The position numbers were made by a program, and so were the translations under genes. A DNA stretch of 64,000 nt. It comes from Dehalococcoidia bacterium. Its GTDB lineage: Bacteria; Chloroflexota; Dehalococcoidia; Lucifugimonadales; CATOSD01. The notes beneath the pieces are model-generated. The model did not search any database. It was not told where the DNA came from and saw only the letters and a list, made by a program, of their open reading frames with translations. Every line of letters starts with the position of its first letter. The first letter of the stretch is position 1. Positions 47,144 through 56,473 of the stretch are shown one piece after another. Location of the stretch: the NCBI GenBank assembly GCA_965217705.1, contig CBDCJA010000002.1, positions 1,738,016-1,802,015 on the forward strand, written 5' to 3'.

Positions 47144-48862
47144 TCAGTTGCTTTGCGAGCAGAGGTTCTCTTCCTGCCCCGCGCGCGGCAGCGCGGCGGG
47201 ATGCACAGGGAGAACCCACTCAATGTCCTTCGACACGCCGGTGAACTCGACGCGCGTGGCCTGCTCGATGGAAGTGACCAGTTTCCCGTTTTGATAGTAA
47301 CCGAGAGGCCAATACGTGCACCCGTCGTGCGTCCACATCAGTGTGAGAATGCCGTCCCCCGTGACGCCCCTGTTGTAGATGAAGTAGGCGACGTTGCGCT
47401 TCCAGCCGGGCGAGACCATGGTGGCCGGGCCCGAGGAGCCATTCCAGTTTAGGTCCAGCACCCGGAAAATGGGCCTTCCCCAGTCTCTGCTGTCGATGGG
47501 CGCCGTGGGCCAGCGAAACTGTATCTTCAACCTGACCCTGGTGGTGGGCTCGCCGACAATGTTCGCGTCGAACCACTCCCGGAAGGCCGGATAAAACTCC
47601 TCCACGGGCATTCCGAATGCGTCCTTGAAGGCGCGCTTCCAATCCCCCCGATCGTGCAACAATCGCCAGTAGTGGATATGAGACCCCTCGCGCTCAGCCG
47701 CCACCTCCTCGACAAGGAACACGGACGCGTAAAAGCTGAGGGCGAACGACAGGAGCGACGTGTCGTGGAAGGTGTCATAGTCCTCCATCCTCTCCAACTC
47801 GGCGGCAACGTCCCGTATGGACTCGGGCTCGCGCACGCGCTGTTCCTCCAGGTACTCCGTTAGCCAGTCCGTGCCGAAGTAGGGCACGGGTCGGTTGGCA
47901 ACCTCGGAGTAGGCGTCGTCTGCGTATCCGGCGAGGCCCTCCACCAGCCAATAAGCACCATTGGCTGCTCCGCCCCTGAAGTCCTTCTCCCCGCTGGGCA
48001 GCGTCGCGAACCCCCGGAATTGCTGTCCCTGCAGGACGTGGAAATATTCGTGGGCGATGGCGTAGTACGGCAGGTTATCCTCGTCCGGCCGGTACATAAG
48101 GACAATCAGGGCTCCACCACGCTCCGTGGTCGTGGTCCACCCGCTGAACCCCCATTTGACCAGGTAGTTTCTCGTAACCTCCCTGCCGGTTAGGCTCATA
48201 TACGTGTTCGCCACTGCTTCGGGGCCGTCGCCCACGAGCACAGTGAACCCAGTCGCCTCGACGCCGTACAGACTGTCATAGAATCCGCGGACGCCCTCCA
48301 AGTCCTTTTGCAACAGCACCTTGTGCTCGTCGGGGATGTCACCGGCGAACACCCACGTCGGCGGGGCGGACGACGCCACGGGAACCGGCGTTGCGGTCGC
48401 CGTGGCAGTGGGGGTTGGGGTCTGCGTCGGCGTGTTCGTCGGCGTCGGGGTGAAGGTGGCCGTAGCGGTCGGGACTGGTGTTGGGGTTTGCGTCGCCGTG
48501 GCGGTGCGTGTGGGGGTGAAGGTGGCGGTCGGGGTTGGGCTGGGGGTCTGTGTCGGCGTGGGAGTGAATGTCGGCGTCTCGGTTGGTGTTGGGGTCTGTG
48601 TCGCGGTGGCGGTTGGCGTCCGGGTCGGCGTTGCCGTGGATGTCGGCCTGGGCGTCCGCGTGGCCGTGGGTTCGGGGGTACTGGTCGGCGTCGAGGTCGG
48701 GGTCTGAGTCGGCCTCGGAGTCTCCGTGGCCGTGGGCACGGGCGCGAGCGTGGGCACGACGACCCGGGCCACGACGGGCGATTCGCCGGCTTCGTCGCTG
48801 GAGCACCCAACCAAGAGTGCGGCGAGAACCAAGACGCAGGCGAGCGTGAGCGTTATCTTCAT
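47144..48862 (-). CDS. secreted lipoprotein: Thr/Pro-rich linker + Peptidase_MA-like HExxH metalloprotease domain
   Basis: Lipobox LLVGC. About 135-aa TP-rich linker. [12 protein letters not shown] (HExxH) followed by [12 protein letters not shown]. Confidence 0.75.
   Translation of the reverse strand: MKITLTLACVLVLAALLVGCSSDEAGESPVVARVVVPTLAPVPTATETPRPTQTPTSTPTSTPEPTATRTPRPTSTATPTRTPTATATQTPTPTETPTFTPTPTQTPSPTPTATFTPTRTATATQTPTPVPTATATFTPTPTNTPTQTPTPTATATATPVPVASSAPPTWVFAGDIPDEHKVLLQKDLEGVRGFYDSLYGVEATGFTVLVGDGPEAVANTYMSLTGREVTRNYLVKWGFSGWTTTTERGGALIVLMYRPDEDNLPYYAIAHEYFHVLQGQQFRGFATLPSGEKDFRGGAANGAYWLVEGLAGYADDAYSEVANRPVPYFGTDWLTEYLEEQRVREPESIRDVAAELERMEDYDTFHDTSLLSFALSFYASVFLVEEVAAEREGSHIHYWRLLHDRGDWKRAFKDAFGMPVEEFYPAFREWFDANIVGEPTTRVRLKIQFRWPTAPIDSRDWGRPIFRVLDLNWNGSSGPATMVSPGWKRNVAYFIYNRGVTGDGILTLMWTHDGCTYWPLGYYQNGKLVTSIEQATRVEFTGVSKDIEWVLPVHPAALPRAGQEENLCSQSN
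48337..48751 (-). repeat. coding low-complexity Thr-Pro repeat (PTxTPTPT)n
   Basis: Translation is [71 protein letters not shown]... All six frames are open over this stretch, which is typical of such repeats. Confidence 0.85.
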
Positions 48863-49188
48863 GGAGGTTTCTTCTGTCGGGGAGGCAGCGGAGGGACCTC
48901 CCCGATACTTTCTTTGACTAGTAACGCATATAGGCTCCGGGCGCTCGAGGGCGCGAGCCCTCTCCCCGCCGGCCCCTGACAGAAGTAGGTTTGGGGGCTT
49001 TAGCTTGGATACTGTATCACGGCTCTAGATTCCTCGGCTACGCTCGGAATGGGACGGTGAAAAGGGGCGCTCGGAATGGCACGGGTGGAGGGTGAGGGGA
49101 TATGGCTGAGCGTCCCTCTCACCCTCACCCCTTCGACAGGCTCAGGGCAGGCACTAGCCCTCTCCCTGAGGGAGAGGGGATTTTCTTG

Positions 49189-51339
49189 TTAGTTGCTGTA
49201 GCCAGAGGGCTTGGGCGGGCGGGCCTGCACGCTGTCGGTGATGCGCTCGAGCAGGTAGGCGAAGTCGTGGTATGCGTCGAGGTGGCCCAAGTCGGGCCTC
49301 AGGACGTCCAGGTGACCCCACAGTCTGTCGAGGTCTTCGCGTATGGCGTAGTGGCCCTCGGCCGGGGCCTGCGGCAGGGCGCTGTAGCGGTCTGCCGTGA
49401 GGCCGACTATGGCGGCCAGGCGCAGCATCGCGTCGGTACCGCCGCCGAAGCCAGCGTCCGCCCTGCCCGTCACGTCCGCGCGCTGGCTGCGTGCCTGCTG
49501 GGTGTCGGGGACGATCCAGCGCAGCTCGACGCGACCCAAGTCGACGTTTTGGCCGCGGGGGAGCCGGGCGTCGCCGCGCAGCTCCAGCTCGTAGAGCACC
49601 GTGGTGGCGGCGCCGGAGTAGATTTCGGCGAACTCCTTGCGGTCTTCCGCGAATGTCTCGTCCGGGGTGACCCGGTTTTCGTAGCCGACTATGCGCCACG
49701 AGTAGACGAGGTTCGGATCCCAGGTCACCTGGGCGCGGGTCTGGTCGGCGAACGGCGTGGACAAGGCGAGCCAGTTCTCGCGGCTGAAGGTTGCCCGCGC
49801 CTGGTCGACGGTGTTCAGGTAGCGGTACCAGCCGTTTCCGTGCTGGGCGAGCTGCTCCAGCAGGTAATCGTTGTAGTTCTCGATTCCGACGCCCACGGTA
49901 ATCAGCCGCAGCGGGTTCGCGGCGTCGCGGTCGTATGCGGTCTCGAGAATGCCGAACGGGTCTGTGGCATCCACGTTGGCGACGCCGTCGGACATGAGGA
50001 TGACGTAGTTGTAGGCGTCGGGGCGCTGGCGGCGAGCCTGGTCGGCCAGGCGAACGCCCTCGTCCAGGCCGGCTTGCACGTTGGTGCTTCCGTGTGGGGC
50101 GAGCCAGCCGATAGAGTTGGCGACGGCGGAGTCGTCAGGAACCCGGTGATCGACCGTCAGGTTGTGGAGGACGTCGGTGGTGAAGTGCACGACCGCCATG
50201 CGGTCCTGCGGGCGCAGGCTCTGGCGGATGGCCTCGGCGGCGGCGCGCGCGATGTCGACGCGGTTGCCGTTCGCCATCGATCCGGAGGCGTCGAGTACGA
50301 GCGTCACGTTTAGCGGCCTGTCGTCGGGCAGGTGCGGCGCTTGGAACCCGATGCGCGCGATCAGCTTGCCGGCGTCCAGCGGGTGGGCCACGAGACCGGT
50401 CTCCACGCCGAAGCCCCTCTCGTCGGAGGGAGGTTCGTAGCCGTAGTCGAAGGCGTTGACCCACTCTTCGGCGCGGACCGAGTCCGGCTCGACGTTGTAG
50501 CCCGTCCGCGCCCATTCGAGGGCGAGGAAGTACGACGTGCGGTCCACGTCCAGGCTGAACGTGGACACGGCGTCCTCGGAGGCGAGCACGGCGGGCTGGC
50601 GCGCGAAGTCCGCGAAGGTGGTTGCGCCGGGCTGCGCGGGCGGTGCGGGCGGCGGCTCGGCGGCTGCGGGCGCAACGGAGAGTCCGTATGGCAGCGGCGT
50701 GGCTGCGGGGGCAGCGGCCGCTGAGCGGGCGGCCGTGTCCGCCTCGGAGGTCACAGCGGTGGGCTGCGCGGCCTGCAAGACCTGCGGGACTACCGTGGCC
50801 ACCGGAGCAGCGGTGGGGGCGGCCTGCGCGCGCGCCGGCGCGGGTGTGGGCTGCCGGTACGCCGCCATGGGCGTGACGACGACAACTGGCGCGGGGGCCG
50901 CCGGCATCGCCGTAGCAGCGGCGGGGGGCGGCGCGGGGGCCGCAGACTGGGCAGCGGGTGGCGCAGTGGGCTGGGCCATGGCCGGGGGTGGCGGCGGCGA
51001 GGAACGCTCCATCATTTCGACGGAGGCAGGGGCTGCGGCGGCTGTGGCCTGTATGTGAGCTATGACCGCGGCTGCTTCCTGGGCTTCCTCGATTTCAGAC
51101 GAATTGCCAGCAACGTTGATAGCGACGATGATCAACACGGCGGCGACGACGGTCCCCGCCCCGGCCGTTAGTATCTTCCACATGTTTCCTCCAAACCAGT
51201 CGAGCCGGCGCGGGCGCTCCAGGCGGCGCTCCAGACGCGCCCAGGTGTCCGCGGGGGCTTCGAGCGCGCGGGAGCGGGCGGCGTAGTAGTCTCTGAGTGT
51301 GTGTTCCATTCCGCGGTCGATCGGATCGTTGGTGCTCAT
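49189..51339 (-). CDS. anti-sigma factor fused to an extracytoplasmic von Willebrand factor A (YfbK-like) domain
   Basis: ATG at 51339 overlaps the sigma gene stop (ATGA). One TM helix (WKILTAGAGTVVAAVLIIVAI) and an Ala/Pro-rich spacer. VWA MIDAS LVLDASGSM...SDG plus a conserved C-terminal YfbK-type region. Confidence 0.75.
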   Translation of the reverse strand: MSTNDPIDRGMEHTLRDYYAARSRALEAPADTWARLERRLERPRRLDWFGGNMWKILTAGAGTVVAAVLIIVAINVAGNSSEIEEAQEAAAVIAHIQATAAAAPASVEMMERSSPPPPPAMAQPTAPPAAQSAAPAPPPAAATAMPAAPAPVVVVTPMAAYRQPTPAPARAQAAPTAAPVATVVPQVLQAAQPTAVTSEADTAARSAAAAPAATPLPYGLSVAPAAAEPPPAPPAQPGATTFADFARQPAVLASEDAVSTFSLDVDRTSYFLALEWARTGYNVEPDSVRAEEWVNAFDYGYEPPSDERGFGVETGLVAHPLDAGKLIARIGFQAPHLPDDRPLNVTLVLDASGSMANGNRVDIARAAAEAIRQSLRPQDRMAVVHFTTDVLHNLTVDHRVPDDSAVANSIGWLAPHGSTNVQAGLDEGVRLADQARRQRPDAYNYVILMSDGVANVDATDPFGILETAYDRDAANPLRLITVGVGIENYNDYLLEQLAQHGNGWYRYLNTVDQARATFSRENWLALSTPFADQTRAQVTWDPNLVYSWRIVGYENRVTPDETFAEDRKEFAEIYSGAATTVLYELELRGDARLPRGQNVDLGRVELRWIVPDTQQARSQRADVTGRADAGFGGGTDAMLRLAAIVGLTADRYSALPQAPAEGHYAIREDLDRLWGHLDVLRPDLGHLDAYHDFAYLLERITDSVQARPPKPSGYSN

Positions 51340-51884
51340 CGCCGCGCCTCCCTGTCGCATGTCTGCGTGAGTTCTTCTCGTAGGCGGCTGAGCGCGCGGC
51401 TCAGCCTGGACTTTACTGTGCCCTCCCGCACTCCAAGCGCTTCCGCGACCTCGCGCAGCGAAAGCTCCGCGAAGTAGCGGAGGACCACCACCCGGTGGTG
51501 CCGCGGGCTGAGGCGGCTGAGCGCGGCCTGGACTTCGTCGCGCCTTTCCGCTGACATCGCAGACTCCAGGACATCGGCTGCGCCGGTGACGCGCTCGGCA
51601 TCCTCGAGCGGCGCCGTTGGCAGGGCGCGCGCCCTGCGGCTGGATACGATGCGGTTGACCAGGATGCGGACGACCCAGGGCTTGAATGGGCTGCCCCGAC
51701 GGAATCCGCATATGCCTCGCCACGCGGACAGGAAGGCTTCCTGGACGTGCTCTTCCGCGGCCGCCCTATTGCCGGTCATGAGCACCGCGGTGCCGAAGAG
51801 CGTGTTCTTGTGTTGCTCAACCAGGTGCCGGAAGGCGTCCGGGGAGCCTTCCTGGCAGAGCCGTATGGCCTCGGCTTCGGTCAT
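51336..51884 (-). CDS. ECF-type RNA polymerase sigma factor (sigma-70 family, group 4)
   Basis: 182 aa. Region 2 (FRHLVEQHKN.LF..A..M.G....AEE.VQEAFL.AW) and region 4 HTH (LREVAEALG...GTVKSRL.RA). Confidence 0.9.
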   Translation of the reverse strand: MTEAEAIRLCQEGSPDAFRHLVEQHKNTLFGTAVLMTGNRAAAEEHVQEAFLSAWRGICGFRRGSPFKPWVVRILVNRIVSSRRARALPTAPLEDAERVTGAADVLESAMSAERRDEVQAALSRLSPRHHRVVVLRYFAELSLREVAEALGVREGTVKSRLSRALSRLREELTQTCDREARR

Positions 51885-52089
51885 AGCCTGCCTCCAGCCG
51901 GGAGTTTGAGAGTCCTCTCACCAGATAATACGCGGGCGGCGGGGGAAAGGTTCCACTGGGGCAGCGGGGGCCGGGGTGTGTGGGCGTGGGTGTGACTGGC
52001 GGATTAAGGGTTTTAGATTCCTCGGCTCCGCTCGGAATGACACGGGGATGGGCCGGGGCGATTGACAGGGGGATGGGCCGGGGCGGCGG

Positions 52090-53115
52090 TTACTGGATGG
52101 GGAGGGGGGGCTGGAGCCACTTGGGGGTTTCGTTGACGCGGACGTCGACTACCCACTTCACCCATTCGAAGCCGCGCTTGTCGGGCGCGACCAGGCGCAT
52201 GGGGAAGCCGTGGCCGTGGGCGAGGGTCTCGCCGCCGACGTGGGACGCGAGCAGATAGCCTGCGGCCTCGTCCATCGAGAAGCGGCGGTAGTAGCCTGTA
52301 ACCGAGGTGAAGGTGACGCTGGACGCCGCATCGGTGGGCGCGGACCGCGCCAGCAGGTCCGAGACCGCGACGCCCCGCCACACCTGAGTGGAGTACCAGC
52401 CGCCGGTGCAGTCGATGGTCGCGGTAGTCTCCGCGTCGGCGGCAAGCTCGTCGTAGGCGAGCGAGAACTCACGCTCGACGGCGCCGCCTACGGTGAGCCG
52501 CCACGAGGTGGGGTCCACGCGAGCCGGGGCGTCGTTGAGCCACGACGTGAGCGGGAAGGAGTTGCCGGAGAAGCTGTTCGCCTCGTGGGAGCCGGTGAAT
52601 CTGCGCCGCGCGCCGCTGAGCCCGCCCACCTTCGCGCCAAGCTCGCCCGCCTGCCACGCGGCGGCGGCGGCGACGGCGAGGGCGGCAAGCCTGAGGAAGG
52701 TGCGGCGGTCGGCCCAGAAGCCGATGGGGAAGCCGCGGGTGTGGTAGAGGGAGTGCCACACGAGGATTGGCACGAGCGCGGCGCCCACGTAGATGTGCCA
52801 GCTTACGCCGCTGAACCATCCCCAGCCGAACGGGCCTACGAAAGACCACACGAACCCCAGCGCGAGCGTCACGGCGAGCAGCGCCATCAGCGCCACAGAG
52901 GCCGTGCGCGGCGTGGCGGACCGTTTCCAGCGCAGCGAGAAGAGGACGTTCGCGCCCTTCCAGGCCAGGATGACGATGATTCCGTAGCCGCTTACGCGGT
53001 GCGCGACGATGAAGTACCACTCACGTGGGGACCCGGACACCAGGCCGAAGAAGCCGCTGACCAGCTCGGCGGCGATGAGCGCCAGCAGCAGGGTGTTGGC
53101 CCATGGGAATTTCAT
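52090..53115 (-). CDS. molybdopterin-dependent oxidoreductase (sulfite-oxidase/MsrP-like domain) with an N-terminal membrane domain
   Basis: ATG at 53115. Four to five N-terminal TM helices, then ...IDCTGGWYS...GYYRRF...GHGFPMRLV.P...G...VKW typical of the YedY/SUOX fold. Confidence 0.75.
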   Translation of the reverse strand: MKFPWANTLLLALIAAELVSGFFGLVSGSPREWYFIVAHRVSGYGIIVILAWKGANVLFSLRWKRSATPRTASVALMALLAVTLALGFVWSFVGPFGWGWFSGVSWHIYVGAALVPILVWHSLYHTRGFPIGFWADRRTFLRLAALAVAAAAAWQAGELGAKVGGLSGARRRFTGSHEANSFSGNSFPLTSWLNDAPARVDPTSWRLTVGGAVEREFSLAYDELAADAETTATIDCTGGWYSTQVWRGVAVSDLLARSAPTDAASSVTFTSVTGYYRRFSMDEAAGYLLASHVGGETLAHGHGFPMRLVAPDKRGFEWVKWVVDVRVNETPKWLQPPLPIQ

Positions 53116-53248
53116 GGCGCGGACGCCTTCCTTATCCGTGCGGTAGCGCCGAGGAGTCTTGGCCCGCCCGCCACTTGGCAACCAGCCTTGTGGGTCAGGG
53201 CTTTAGATTCCTCGGCTGCGCTCGGAATGACAGCGAGAGAAGTGCCTC

Positions 53249-54304
53249 CTAATCCTCGTAGGCGTAGCTGTAGGCGGCGCCTACCACCCGACCGCCGTCC
53301 ACTATCAGGTAATCGCGGTCGAGCTGTTCGCCGGCGAAGAAGCGCTGCAGGCAGTCGCGAATGCCGTCGGAGTAGCGCTTCTGCGCCTCCAGGCTGGTGC
53401 CGGACACGTGCGGCGTCATGGCGTGGTTGGGCATGGAGCGCCAGGGATGGTCGGCGGGCGCGGGCTGTGGATACCAGACGTCGCCGGCGTATCCGGCCAG
53501 GTGGCCCTGCTCCATCACCTCGACCAGCGCGTCAGTGTCGACGATGGCGCCGCGGGCGGTGTTGACGAGGTAGGCGCCCTTCTTCATGCTGAGCAGCAGG
53601 TCCTTGTCGAACAGGCCTCTGGTCTGGGGGGTGAGCGATATGTGAATGGTGACCACGTCGCAGGTCTGGAGGAGCGGGTCGAGCCGCATATATCGCGCTC
53701 CGAGGGCGGCCTCGTCCACGGTGCTCAGGTGCATGAGGTCGTAGTAGTACATGGTGACGTCGAACGGCTTCAACCGCGCGGCCACGCGCTGGCCGATACG
53801 GCCCATGCCCACGATGCCGACGGTCTTGTCCTCGAGGTCGTGCGAGCGAGCGGCGATCTTGCCTATGTCCCAGCCGCCGGACACCACCTCGTTGTAGGAC
53901 GGGAAGTAGTTGCGCACGAGGGTGAGTATCTGCATGACGGCGTGCTCGGCGACGCTCACGACGTTACTGCCGGTAATCTCGGCGACGGTGACGTTGCGCT
54001 CGGCGGCCGTGGCGAGGTCCACGTGGTCGGAGCCTACGCCGGCGGTGAGTACGGCCTGCAGACCGGGGGCCTTCTCCATCTTCTCCTTGGTGACGTAGGT
54101 GGGCCAGAAAGGCGTGGTGATGATGACGTTGGTGGTGGGCAGATGGCTGTCCAGCTCCTCGCCCGGGTCGGTGATAGCCACCAGCTCATGGCCGGCGCCC
54201 TCCACCATCTCGCGCAGGCCCAGTGCGTTCTCGGCACAGCCCAACAGCTCGGGAGTGTTCTTTGCCTCGGGGCCACCGGGGTACAGTACTGCGACGATTT
54301 TCAT
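53249..54304 (-). CDS. fdh: NAD-dependent formate dehydrogenase
   Basis: 351 aa. Close to the classical FDH pattern: TPFWPTYVT, TAGVGSDHVDL, NVVSVAEH, GRIG, YAGDVWYPQPAP.DHPWR.MP and TPH.SGTSL.AQ. Confidence 0.88.
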   Translation of the reverse strand: MKIVAVLYPGGPEAKNTPELLGCAENALGLREMVEGAGHELVAITDPGEELDSHLPTTNVIITTPFWPTYVTKEKMEKAPGLQAVLTAGVGSDHVDLATAAERNVTVAEITGSNVVSVAEHAVMQILTLVRNYFPSYNEVVSGGWDIGKIAARSHDLEDKTVGIVGMGRIGQRVAARLKPFDVTMYYYDLMHLSTVDEAALGARYMRLDPLLQTCDVVTIHISLTPQTRGLFDKDLLLSMKKGAYLVNTARGAIVDTDALVEVMEQGHLAGYAGDVWYPQPAPADHPWRSMPNHAMTPHVSGTSLEAQKRYSDGIRDCLQRFFAGEQLDRDYLIVDGGRVVGAAYSYAYED

Positions 54305-54441
54305 GACTCTCCTCTCTGTGTGAATCTATGTGCTATTCGGTGCGTGAGAGCGCCTCAGAGCGTATCGGAAACCAGGTAAGCCGTGGTGAGCGGCTCACCG
54401 TCCAGGAGTATGGGGTAGGCGTTCAGCGCGGTTTCGTCTAA

Positions 54442-55290
54442 GAGGGTGTGTGAGAAGTTCAAATTAGGTTGGTGCTAAGCGTCGGAGCATTAGATGAATC
54501 ATAGCTATGTGGATCCAGGCCTCCGTTGTCTCGGACAGAGCTTCGTAGTCCTTGCTCAGCCGACGGCACCTGCTGAGCCACGCGAATGTCCGTTCAACCA
54601 CCCATCTTCGCGGCAGCACCTGAAAGTGGTGGCTGTCCCTGGGGCGCTTGACAATCTCGAGCGCCCAGCCTGTCAGGGCCCAGACCCACTCGATCAGCTT
54701 TCCAGCATAGCCAGCATCGGCCCAGACCAACCTCATGCGGGGAAACCGCCCTGTCAATTTATCGATGACCAGCTTCGCTCCATCTCTATCCTGGATATTG
54801 GCAGGATGCACCACCACCGCCAGCAGCAACCCCATGGTATCTACAATGATGTGTCGCTTTCGACCGTTGACCTTCTTGCCAGCATCATAGCCACGAGGCC
54901 CCCTTTTTCCGTCGTCTTAACAGACTGGCTGTCTATGATGGCCGCGCTAGGTGTCGGGTTGCTGCCTTCGGCCATCCGAACTTTGGGCCGCAGGGCCTCA
55001 TGGACTCGTTCCCATGTACCATCCTGTCTCCATTCCCGAAAATACCACCACACGGTGCCCCAAGGTGGGAGGTCATGCGGCATGGCTCGCCACGTGCAGC
55101 CGTTGCGCAGAACGTACACAATGCCGTTGACGACCTCCCGTAGGTCTACAGTACGTGGCCTTCCCCCGGTCTTGGCTGATGGGAGTAGGGAAGCCAGAAC
55201 ATCCCACTGTTCGTCGGTCAGGTCGCTGGGGTATGGTTTGCGTTTCATGCCTCCATTCTAATATATATACAAGACTTCTCACACACCCTC
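54442..55290 (-). mobile_element. IS5-family (IS427-group-like) insertion sequence, copy A, 849 bp, TAA target
   Basis: IRs GAGGGTGTGTGAGAAGT (54442-) and its reverse complement ending at 55290. Flanked by TAA (54439-54441) and TAA (55291-55293). Confidence 0.85.
54464..55248 (-). CDS. IS5-family transposase, orfA/orfB with probable -1 frameshift
   Basis: orfA is 54841-55248 ([10 protein letters not shown]...). orfB frame continues ...[17 protein letters not shown]...DAGY...ERTF.WL. Slippery GAAAAAGGGGG on the coding strand at 54900-54910. Confidence 0.85.
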
Positions 55291-55293
55291 TAA

Positions 55294-56152
55294 GAGCCTG
55301 TTTACGATCTATTCAGGATTAGCGCAGTGAACGCGAGCACCACCATTTGCAGGCTGGTATTGAGTTTTCCTTCGCAGTTCTTCCAGAGCCGACGGCGCTT
55401 CTCCAGCCAGGCGAAAGACCGCTCCACGACCCATCTCTTCGGCATCACCACGAAGGTGTGCAGTTTGTTGCGCTTCACGACTTCCACCGTGGCTCCCAAC
55501 CGGCTTTTCACCGCATCGGCAAAGGGCTTCCCGGTGTAACCCCCATCCACCAGCACGTTCTGCACCTGACTGAGGCCATCCCGACGCCGGTCAAACATCG
55601 CCAGGGCCCCAGCCCGATCTGTGACGTTGGCCGTGGTTATGTGGATCGCGTGAGGCAACCCCTCCGTGTCCACCGCGATGTGACGCTTGATTCCGGACAC
55701 CTTCTTGCCCGCGTCATAGCCCTTGCTCCCGGCGCTATCCGTGTTCTTAACGCTTTGGGAGTCCACGATACAGAAGCTGGTCCGCTCTTTCCGTCCATTG
55801 CTTTGCCGGGCCTCGCCAACCCATTTTTTAAGACCTGCTCCAGAATGGTGTCCTCATCCGGGCCGGACCGCTCGCTCCATTGCCGGAAATACTTGTAGCA
55901 GGTGTGCCAATCGGGGAAGTCGGCAGGCAGCATTCGCCACTGGCAGCCGCTTTTCAGGAGGTACAGCACCCCGCAGAAAACATCGTACAGGTCCACGGTG
56001 CGGGGCTTGGTCCGGCGTCGAGCCGACTCCAACGTGGGAAGAATCCGGGCGAATTGCTCCCGGCTGATGTCGCTGGGGTAAGAATGAGACATGATTACCC
56101 TGCCTTAGTATTAGTCTCAACTCAACATACCACAGAGATTGTAAACAGGCTC
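55294..56152 (-). mobile_element. IS5-family (IS427/IS1031-group-like) insertion sequence, copy B, 859 bp, TAA target
   Basis: IRs GAGCCTGTTTACGATCT (55294-) and the reverse complement of agattgtaaacaggctc (ends 56152). Flanked by TAA (55291-55293) and TAA (56153-56155). Confidence 0.85.
55302..56092 (-). CDS. IS5-family transposase in two overlapping frames
   Basis: orfA is 55637-56092 (YPSDISREQF...CQWRMLP). orfB is 55302-55766 (DSQSVKNT...[20 protein letters not shown]...DGGY...ERSFAWL). Confidence 0.85.
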
Positions 56153-56473
56153 TAAGAACACCACCGGGAACTCCTGGGTTACGGCCTGGGTGAAGACGTT
56201 CCGGTGCTGCGGCAGTATCTCGAAGCTCACAGGCTTCATGTACTCGTAGCCTTCGTGGAAGAACGAGAGGGTGTGGCGCCCTTCGGAGGCGTACACCATC
56301 ACGAACAGGGTCGTGCGATGGCGCTTCACCCCTGTATGCCCCGAATGGGCGGGGATGACGGCAACGTGGTTGCGGACATTCAACAGGTCGAATCCGCCGC
56401 CGCGCGGCCGGAACTCGTCGGCGAACACTGCGAACAGGCAGCGTGGCTCGATGCGAACCATGGGCGAGCACGC

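Larger units (their letters stand above)
54355..56461 (-). pseudogene. small hypothetical gene (131 codons) split by two tandem IS elements
   Basis: 5' part is 56153-56461 and 3' part is 54355-54441. Removing both IS and two of the three TAA copies restores one frame: ...TQEFPVVFLDETALNAYPILLDGEPLTTAYLVSDTL-stop. Confidence 0.7.

Noticed and set aside
48337-48751. Highly periodic GC-rich DNA that could be mistaken for a non-coding tandem repeat or array.
   Set aside because: It lies inside a continuous ORF and encodes a Thr/Pro linker between a lipoprotein signal and a protease domain. The multiple overlapping ORFs here are frame artefacts of the repeat.
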